Source: a virus
Length of the DNA stretch: 6,065 nt
Virus record (IMG/VR): IMGVR_UViG_3300020040_000001
Span: 1 to 6,065 of that record
Direction: 5' to 3' (one strand)
In this document: piece after piece, positions 1 through 5,246 of the stretch
Layout of the letters: the number at the start of each line of letters is the position of its first letter
Numbering within the stretch: position 1 is the stretch's first letter
Notes under the pieces: generated by a model
The model's input: only the letters and a program-made list of their open reading frames with translations
The model's database searches: none
Told to the model about the DNA's origin: nothing
Made by a program: the position numbers and the translations under genes

Positions 1-121
1 CAAGTTTCAAGATTTTGTTGCTATGTATTCGAAACATGTTGAAGAGGCGAATCAGGTTAAGAAGTACAATGACAAATACTTCGATTCTGTTTACGCTGCT
101 CAGATTGCCCGAGACTTCGCC
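1..121. repeat. Terminal redundancy (copy 1) of a circular genome represented linearly; identical to 5945-6065
   Basis: Base-by-base comparison shows caagtttcaagattttgttgctatgtattcg...gcccgagacttcgcc present at both window ends. The repeat lies inside a coding frame and preserves it. Confidence 0.95.
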
Positions 122-559
122 GCCGCCTACGAAACTTCTGCTTCTGGTGATGTCTTGACTGTTGAATCTGAAATACGCAAGGTTAACCTGGCTGATCTTC
201 GTGAGTGGTTTAATCTGAATTGGGATTCAGAAATCGACGTTCCCGACGTTGATGTGAAAGGTAAGCCGACTGGTAGAACAATAAAGATGACAGGTCGCCA
301 GATTCACCAAAAGCTTATGGGTCTCGCAGCTTCAGAAGGCGAACAAGACCTCTCTGGTCGATGGTTCAACAACAGATCTAGCAAGAATGCTTTTGGTTAT
401 AGTTTAGCGAGAACTGCCCTAGTTGGCGCCATGGCTATCGCCGGCACAGCTGCCACCAAGCGTCCTACTGCTGTTGATTACGACGAAAGTAGAGAAATTT
501 ATGGAAAAGATGGCAAATATTCCGGCACTGTAAAGTCCAGTCGTCGCTATGTAAGGTGA
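1..559 (+). CDS. DNA pilot / minor capsid protein VP2 (phiX174 H analogue), C-terminal part. It continues the frame opened at 5247 across the circular junction; full product is join(5247..5944,1..559), 418 aa.
   Basis: Position 23 (the track ORF ATG) corresponds to 5967, which is in frame with the ATG at 5247 (both 0 mod 3 in end coordinates). There is no stop between 5247 and the window end, and the stop is TGA at 557-559. The C-terminal part is long and predicted helical (KHVEEANQVKKYNDKYFDSVYAAQIARDFAAAYE...), as expected for a pilot or tube protein. Confidence 0.8.
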   Translation, partial: KFQDFVAMYSKHVEEANQVKKYNDKYFDSVYAAQIARDFAAAYETSASGDVLTVESEIRKVNLADLREWFNLNWDSEIDVPDVDVKGKPTGRTIKMTGRQIHQKLMGLAASEGEQDLSGRWFNNRSSKNAFGYSLARTALVGAMAIAGTAATKRPTAVDYDESREIYGKDGKYSGTVKSSRRYVR

Positions 560-588
560 AATTGACCAACTCTTTCGACTTTTAGAAC

Positions 589-619
589 TTTGCTATCTGT
601 TTTTTTCGCTTTATGTTTG
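589..619 (+). promoter_or_regulatory. Candidate Bacteroidota-type promoter (-33 TTTG at 589-592; -7 TAnnTTTG = TATGTTTG at 612-619)
   Basis: The two elements are 19 nt apart in the 86-nt VP2/ORF646 intergenic region, about 27 nt upstream of the ATG at 646. This fits the Bacteroides consensus as I recall it (TTTG, then 19-21 nt, then TAnnTTTG). TAnnTTTG alone occurs 5 times in the genome against about 3 expected by chance, so the call is weak. Confidence 0.3.
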
Positions 620-645
620 CACTGTAAACCAATAACCATACTATC

Positions 646-966
646 ATGAAAAAGTCTAGCAGAAACGTTGTAATTAACGAGTTGTTAATCAACGTTATTG
701 AGTACGCATTTGTCGAGTGGCTTATTCGTCAAGGAGTACTCAGTGCCTTTAAGGCGAATTACGAACGTAGTTTCGCGCCTTATAAGAGTTTTCGCGAGCG
801 CCTGCGCTCTCATATTCGACACTCTCTTCGTAGATTCGGCTATGGGCCTAGTCATCTCATATCTTCAGCGTTCCTGTTTGGTTCTACGCCCGAAGGCGCT
901 GAGTTTTGGACAAAGCAGTCAGCTGCTTGGGAACGCTTTTGCGCTGAATTTCAAGTAAAACTTTAA
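646..966 (+). CDS. Hypothetical small basic protein (106 aa, net charge about +7)
   Basis: An ATG-to-TAA ORF in the same orientation and packing as the core genes, with an 11-nt gap to the next ORF. Third codon positions look T-rich, as in the core genes. The C-terminal motif AFLFGSTPEGAEFWTKQSAAW resembles a TPEG..FW pattern I believe I have seen in phage hypothetical proteins, but I cannot name a family. No function is assigned; a DNA-binding or packaging role is only a guess from the charge. Confidence 0.6.
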   Translation: MKKSSRNVVINELLINVIEYAFVEWLIRQGVLSAFKANYERSFAPYKSFRERLRSHIRHSLRRFGYGPSHLISSAFLFGSTPEGAEFWTKQSAAWERFCAEFQVKL

Positions 967-977
967 TCTACATTATT

Positions 978-1301
978 ATGACACAGATTCATGTTGTTAT
1001 TCGCCGTGTTAATCCGGCTTTAAAAATTGACCTCGTCCAAGTAGGTCGTATCGCAGACGGTCAGTTTGTTTCTATTCCTTTTGATGCTATCGCGAATTCT
1101 CCTATCGCATCCTATCTGAAGAGTTCGAGTATTAGCGATTCGCTCTACGTTGACCACTCGGAAATCTCTGATCTTATTGGTATCTGCGGCGCTCTCCCCG
1201 ACTTCCGCATCGAATTTTTCGATAATACCATTGTTCTCATGTTTGATCTTAAACTTGATTGTGATGAAAGCACGACGAAAGAAGAAGGGAAAAGGGACTA
1301 A
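978..1301 (+). CDS. Hypothetical small acidic protein (107 aa, net charge about -8)
   Basis: An ATG-to-TAA ORF on the + strand directly after ORF646, followed 47 nt later by an intrinsic terminator. It has about 18 D/E against 10 K/R and an acidic tail (DCDESTTKEEGKRD). I recognise no motif. Confidence 0.6.
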   Translation: MTQIHVVIRRVNPALKIDLVQVGRIADGQFVSIPFDAIANSPIASYLKSSSISDSLYVDHSEISDLIGICGALPDFRIEFFDNTIVLMFDLKLDCDESTTKEEGKRD

Positions 1302-1347
1302 AATAGTAACTCGTCCGCTTGGCGGTAGAGTTCTTTAGGCCGCTGGC

Positions 1348-1381
1348 TCCCAGGGGAGTCGCTCTCCCCTGGGATTTTTTT
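1348..1381 (+). terminator. Rho-independent terminator, + strand
   Basis: A perfect 11-bp GC-rich stem, tcccaggggag (1348-1358) pairing with ctcccctggga (1364-1374). The loop is 5 nt (tcgct) and is followed immediately by T7 (1375-1381). There is no T-run on the opposite strand, so it is unidirectional. Confidence 0.75.
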
Positions 1382-1546
1382 AACCCTCAAACTCACCGAA
1401 TTTATTCGGTATAAAAATTTGTGAAGTGAGCCATGGAGCTCGAAGACGCGAAGCGTCCCGGCTGTTAAGGCCGTCGAGCGGCGAACGAAACGGTTTTCGC
1501 GTTCGAAAGTACCGTCTTTCGAAGCGCATAGTAATATTTTTCAGAT
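1382..1546 (+). promoter_or_regulatory. Structured non-coding region (candidate origin / priming signal and/or promoter for the 66-aa ORF-Rep-capsid transcript)
   Basis: Part of the longest non-coding stretch in a compact genome. Hairpins found by hand: accgaa/ttcggt (1395-1410) and gacgc-GAA-gcgtc (1445-1457, core GCGAAGC at 1448-1454). Also cgaa+cgaaa/tttcg+ttcg with a 2-nt bulge (1482-1505), and cgaaag/ctttcg (1504-1521). TTCGAA occurs twice (1502-1507, 1518-1523) and CGAAGCG twice (1449-1455, 1520-1526). The only ORF here has 11 codons. Confidence 0.4.
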
Positions 1547-1747
1547 ATGGATAATTTCAACTTTCGGCCTAGTTTTGCTCCTATCATTAACGACTCCCCA
1601 CTTCGTTACTCAGTTGCCATGTATCGAGGCAAGAAGCGAATTGTTGTCGCCTGGTTTTCCAGCGAAGCTCCTGCGCTCGATTACCTTGCTCGCTGTCGCC
1701 GCGATAATCCTTACGCTAAATTTGATTGTGTTCAAAGTTTATTCTAA
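1547..1747 (+). CDS. Hypothetical small protein (66 aa, mildly basic)
   Basis: An ATG-to-TAA ORF whose stop (1745-1747) overlaps the ATG at 1747 of the Rep frame (TAATG). That arrangement is typical of translationally coupled phage genes. I recognise no motif. Confidence 0.5.
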   Translation: MDNFNFRPSFAPIINDSPLRYSVAMYRGKKRIVVAWFSSEAPALDYLARCRRDNPYAKFDCVQSLF

Positions 1748-2817
1748 TGTCTTGTTCTTCTCCCATATGGATACGCAATCGTCGTTATTTCGACAAGAAG
1801 AATCCTTGTCGTAATGGCTCTGATGTTGCTAAGTCTGCCTTGGCTCTTCGTCCCTGGGATATCGCGCGCCAGTGGCTAATGGTCCCTTGCGGAAAGTGCG
1901 AAGAGTGTTTGCGTCGTCAGCGCAATGATTGGTTCGTTCGCTTAGAACGTGAGCTTGCGCGATGCAAGGCAGAATATCAACAGGCTATTTTTATTACGAT
2001 TACCATATCACCTAAATATTATAACGAAGCCCTGCTTGACCCGTCCCGTTTTATTCGTCGATTTAATGAGCGCCTGCGTCATAAACTTGGCCATTCATTT
2101 AAGCATGCTTTTTTTCAAGAGTTTGGCACTCACCCAGAAATAGGAAATGAGCCTCGGCTGCATTTTCATGGCTTTTTGTTTGGCACAAACGTTCTCTATA
2201 ACACTATTCGTTCTACTGTTCGTGACCTCGGCTTCGTGTGGCTAGCAAAAGCTACTCATAAGCGTGCTCGATACTGCGTTAAATATGTTACCAAACAAAT
2301 TCAGTTCAACCCCGAAGAAATTTCGGATAAATATGTTACCGTAAATGGAAATCTTACACCTTTATCTTGCCTCCTCCAACATCGCCGTTATACGCGAAAA
2401 TTCGTATCTGCTGGCGTTGGTGACTTTCTTGGTTATATGCCTTGCCCTTCTACTCGTGTTTCGTCGTGGTCTTACTTCGATTTTGAGAAGCGTATCAATT
2501 ATAACTACTCGATTCCTCGCTATTATCTTAGATATCTCAAACAAGAAGACGAGGTTGCTCGCTCGATTACCGCTGCTGATTCTTATGCACGTTTTAGCAA
2601 GTCTTCTCTGGTTAAGCGTATTGTGTCTCTGTGCGTTGAGCGGTTCAATCTCAATTCCTCCGTATCCCGTAGAGCGTCATACACGTGGGAGCAACAACAA
2701 ATGATGCGTTTCTCCGCCTCTTCTCGTAAGATGCCCGATTTTGACCCCCCTACTTGGCTAGATCTGGATATTCTCCGATTTTGGAGAGATCATTATAAAC
2801 TTCAACTAAACATTTAA
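1747..2817 (+). CDS. Replication initiation protein VP4 (Microviridae Rep, HUH endonuclease superfamily; phiX174 gpA analogue)
   Basis: N-terminus MSCSSPIWIRN... followed by a CxxCxxC cluster (VPCGKCEECLRRQRNDWFVR), as in gokushovirus-type VP4. Motif 1 is FITITI (1990-2007) and the HUH motif is HFHGFLF (2161-2181). The two-tyrosine motif YCVKYVTK (2272-2295) is nearly identical in pattern to phiX174 gpA YVAKYVNK. The ORF is open from an ATG at 1726, but I prefer 1747 because of the TAATG junction with the upstream ORF. Confidence 0.9.
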   Translation: MSCSSPIWIRNRRYFDKKNPCRNGSDVAKSALALRPWDIARQWLMVPCGKCEECLRRQRNDWFVRLERELARCKAEYQQAIFITITISPKYYNEALLDPSRFIRRFNERLRHKLGHSFKHAFFQEFGTHPEIGNEPRLHFHGFLFGTNVLYNTIRSTVRDLGFVWLAKATHKRARYCVKYVTKQIQFNPEEISDKYVTVNGNLTPLSCLLQHRRYTRKFVSAGVGDFLGYMPCPSTRVSSWSYFDFEKRINYNYSIPRYYLRYLKQEDEVARSITAADSYARFSKSSLVKRIVSLCVERFNLNSSVSRRASYTWEQQQMMRFSASSRKMPDFDPPTWLDLDILRFWRDHYKLQLNI

Positions 2818-2820
2818 TTT

Positions 2821-4611
2821 ATGGGAAAACAACCTTTTATTTCACATGCCGTTAATGGCTACTCTCGTTATGATGTTCCCGAGAGTAAGGCTTTTACGTG
2901 TACACCGGGTATTTTGTATCCTGTGCGAATCGATTTTATTAACGCCCGCGACCGGGTTTCTATCGAGCAAGGCGTCGATATTCGTAGTAACCCCCTTGCC
3001 GTTCCGACGTTCAATCCCTATACTATTCGACTTCACCGTTTCTGGGTGCCTTTACAGCTGTATCATCCGGAGATGCGAACGAATAGTAGTAAGTTTGATA
3101 TGAACGATTTGAGTTTGAATTTTATTGCCGCTTCTTCTACGGGGTCGTACGAATATACGACTAACAATTATCCTTATTCTAATTCGCTGCTTCGTTGGTT
3201 GCGTGTTATTCCCGGGTCTATACCGACTCCGACCTCGAGTAATGTTTCGGTGTCTGCTAATCTTACAACGGCCCAGTTGGCGTATCCTTTAGGCTGGTGT
3301 ACTGCCGATTCTTATCTTGCTTATTGGGACATTGTTCGCAATTACTATAGTTATTCCCAGTGGGGACTCTATTCTTTCGCTTGGCCTAGTACTTGGTATT
3401 TTATTCCCAATAGCACCGGTGTTGCTTATAATACTCTTCAGTTCGGTGATACGGCGAGGTTTTTTTCGCAAAGATTCGGAAATCTCGAATTCCTCGATGC
3501 TTATTTTGAGAGTCAGTTCTATCCTTCGTCTGTGCCGTCGTCGAACAATACGTATAACCGAGGAAATCTTTTTTCCCAGATATTGCTTTCAGACCTTGGC
3601 GCTACGATTACCGCATCCAAGGATGGTTACCCCGTCTCTACCATCTATCCCGGAAATACTACGCTGTCCTCCGCTGGTCCTGCAAATCAATTCGCTACTG
3701 GCGGTGCCTCTACGACTGTTACTACGCTTGGATCGTTCCTTGTCGCCCATCCGATGGCCGTTATACCTTCGAATCCCGATCGCTATAGTCGACTGCTTCC
3801 TGTTGGTAGCTCCGAAGGTGTCTCCATGTCCGGCGTCTCAACCGTACCGCAGCTGGCTATTGCTTCGCGTCTTCAGGAATACAAGGATCTGCTTGGCGCT
3901 GGTGGTTCTCGTTACAGTGACTGGTTGGAAACCTTTTTTGCTTCGAAAATCGAACACGTCGATCGGCCCAAATTGTTGTTTAGCGCATCTCAGACTGTTA
4001 ACGTTCAGATTGTTATGAATCAGGCCGGACAAAACAATTTCGCTGGTCCGAGCGTAAATGGCCCCCTGGGACAACAAGGTGGTGCAATTGCCTTCAATGA
4101 TCGTCTCGGTCGCCGTCAGTCTTATTATTTCCGCGAGCCTGGATATATGATTGATATGATGAGCATTCGCCCCGTTTACTATTGGGCCGGTGTTTATCCT
4201 GACTATCTCCATTATACTGGTGCCGATTATTTTAATCCGATTTATAATGATATTGGGTACCAAGATATTCCCGGATTTCAATTCGGATTCGGAACCACCT
4301 CGGCCTCAGAAACTGTGGCCTACGAACCGTGTTTCAATGAGTTTCGGTCCTCGTTCGACGAGGTTCTTGGCCAGCTGTCTCGATTCCAAAAATCTTCTAA
4401 CAGTATCCCTCTTTATTCTTATTGGGTTCAACAGCGTGTTCTGTCGGCGAGCTATAATCAATATTATTCCCTTTTGTTTGTGGATATTGATCAGGTAAAC
4501 TCCCCTTTTGCCTCTAAGTTGGAAGACAACTTCTTTGTCAATATTTCGTATTCTATCCAGAAGAAGAATTTGGTTAATAAAACATTTGCAACCCGTTTGT
4601 CTAATCGTTAA
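2821..4611 (+). CDS. Major capsid protein VP1 (Microviridae F-protein family)
   Basis: 596 aa. The N-terminal block (FTCTPGILYPVRIDFINARDRVSI...LHRFWVPLQLYHPEM) and central block (RLQEYKDLLGAGGSRYSDWLETFFASKIEHVDRPKLLF; GGSRYSDWLETFF = 3901-3939) match conserved signatures of Microviridae major capsid proteins. The size matches gokusho/alpavirus-type VP1 (much longer than the 426 aa of phiX174 F). It starts 3 nt after the Rep stop. Confidence 0.95.
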   Translation: MGKQPFISHAVNGYSRYDVPESKAFTCTPGILYPVRIDFINARDRVSIEQGVDIRSNPLAVPTFNPYTIRLHRFWVPLQLYHPEMRTNSSKFDMNDLSLNFIAASSTGSYEYTTNNYPYSNSLLRWLRVIPGSIPTPTSSNVSVSANLTTAQLAYPLGWCTADSYLAYWDIVRNYYSYSQWGLYSFAWPSTWYFIPNSTGVAYNTLQFGDTARFFSQRFGNLEFLDAYFESQFYPSSVPSSNNTYNRGNLFSQILLSDLGATITASKDGYPVSTIYPGNTTLSSAGPANQFATGGASTTVTTLGSFLVAHPMAVIPSNPDRYSRLLPVGSSEGVSMSGVSTVPQLAIASRLQEYKDLLGAGGSRYSDWLETFFASKIEHVDRPKLLFSASQTVNVQIVMNQAGQNNFAGPSVNGPLGQQGGAIAFNDRLGRRQSYYFREPGYMIDMMSIRPVYYWAGVYPDYLHYTGADYFNPIYNDIGYQDIPGFQFGFGTTSASETVAYEPCFNEFRSSFDEVLGQLSRFQKSSNSIPLYSYWVQQRVLSASYNQYYSLLFVDIDQVNSPFASKLEDNFFVNISYSIQKKNLVNKTFATRLSNR

Positions 4612-4623
4612 TACACTGTTCTT

Positions 4624-4920
4624 ATGGCACTTAATTGGTTACTTGAGGACGCCCCTACCTATGTTTCTCGTGGTCAGCGTATTCTTTCCGTTCTTAATGG
4701 TTCTGGCTCTGTTGACGTCCTCCCTGGCCGTCCGGATGTAATCGTAGAACCTTCTGATTTCGATAAGGGTGAAAAGTTCAACCCCGAGATCGATTTTGAC
4801 CCTAACTCCTTCTCTCGTATGGATAAATTTGACGGTCTCGAGGTTGGTCAGGAACTTATTGATTCTGAGCTCGATAAGTCTAAATCTGGCTCTAAATCCT
4901 CTAATTCTGAAGAAAAATAG
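4624..4920 (+). CDS. Hypothetical acidic protein (98 aa, net about -9); possible internal scaffolding (VP3-like) protein by position and charge only
   Basis: An ATG 12 nt after the VP1 stop, ending at TAG, on the + strand. It is D/E-rich (PSDFDKGEKFNPEIDFDPNSFSRMDKFDGLEVGQELIDSELD) with a Ser/Lys tail. I recognise no motif, so the functional label is an inference. Confidence 0.55.
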   Translation: MALNWLLEDAPTYVSRGQRILSVLNGSGSVDVLPGRPDVIVEPSDFDKGEKFNPEIDFDPNSFSRMDKFDGLEVGQELIDSELDKSKSGSKSSNSEEK

Positions 4921-4942
4921 TACATCCTTTACTTGATGATAT

Positions 4943-5245
4943 ATGCTACGTGCGCGAACCCCTTTTGCAAGAGTCCGTGAATTGCTGAAGGTTATTGGTA
5001 ACGATTGCAGGAGAGGTCGCGCATTTTTCTATCGTTCTTTAAATCTTACTCTGATGTCTGATACTAAACAACCGTTTTATAAATCGAAGGCTTTTTGGAC
5101 GCTCGTTTCTTCAATTATTGCCGCTTTAGCTGCATTCTTCTTGTCATCATGTGCTGCTCAGGCTAGGATGCAACGTAATGGCGTTCACATCGACACTGTG
5201 CGTGTTGATTATATTATTCGTTCTAACAATATAACTCGTATTTAG
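4943..5245 (+). CDS. Small membrane protein / putative lipoprotein (100-aa maximal ORF; probable start at ATG 5054 giving 63 aa)
   Basis: From M38 (ATG 5054) the sequence reads MSDTKQPFYKSKAFWTLVSSIIAALAAFFLSSC. That is a Lys-containing n-region, an 18-aa hydrophobic core and a lipobox-like L-S-S-C (Cys codon 5150-5152), then a 31-aa tail starting at that Cys. T at codon position 3 is about 52% after 5054 and about 40% in 4943-5053, mildly favouring the internal start. The stop TAG (5243-5245) lies 1 nt before the VP2 ATG. Confidence 0.55.
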   Translation: MLRARTPFARVRELLKVIGNDCRRGRAFFYRSLNLTLMSDTKQPFYKSKAFWTLVSSIIAALAAFFLSSCAAQARMQRNGVHIDTVRVDYIIRSNNITRI

Positions 5246-5246
5246 T

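Noticed and set aside
1-121. The 121-nt direct repeat as a biological terminal repeat (DTR of a linear phage, LTR or mobile-element ends).
   Set aside because: The repeat lies within the VP2 reading frame and joining the ends restores an intact gene. Microviridae genomes are circular ssDNA, so this is linearisation redundancy.
1433-1468. An 11-codon ORF (MELEDAKRPGC) in the non-coding region.
   Set aside because: It is too short, it overlaps the GCGAAGC hairpin, and it has no supporting signal. The region is better explained as structured DNA.
2345-2704. Same-strand overlapping ORFs with hydrophobic, TM-like translations. They are 698-958, 1150-1338, 1575-1814, 1949-2143, 2345-2704, 2846-3103, 4190-4498 and 4508-4741.
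   Set aside because: All are in the +1 frame relative to the resident gene. T-rich third codon positions become the middle base in that frame, which blocks stop codons and produces F/L/I/V-rich strings. This is a systematic compositional artefact, not eight overprinted genes.
3090-3097. Additional TAnnTTTG (-7 promoter-like) matches at 1570-1577, 3090-3097 and 4824-4831.
   Set aside because: They lie inside coding regions and lack a correctly spaced -33 TTTG (the nearest is 25 nt away for 4824). With this T-rich composition I expect about 3 chance matches per genome and see 5 in total.
3838-4281. Minus-strand ORFs: 2362-2544, 2842-3036, 3289-3471, 3838-4281, 5147-5341, 5534-5737 and 5613-5795.
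   Set aside because: All are antisense to strongly supported core genes, and known Microviridae express genes from one strand only. The 5534-5795 pair mirrors the GC-rich Gly/Ala/Pro-coding linker of VP2, and their translations are low-complexity.
4936-4960. Possible dif/Xer-like recombination site (tgatgatatatgctacgtgcgcg), considered because Bacteroidota microvirus prophages are thought to use host Xer recombinases.
   Set aside because: The alignment to the dif consensus I remember is poor, with no clear 11-6-11 dyad. There is no integrase and no host flank to support lysogeny in this window.
5009-5016. AGGAGAGG as a Shine-Dalgarno site for the membrane-protein ORF.
   Set aside because: It is 37 nt upstream of ATG 5054 and downstream of ATG 4943, so the spacing is wrong for either start. 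No other gene in the genome uses an SD.
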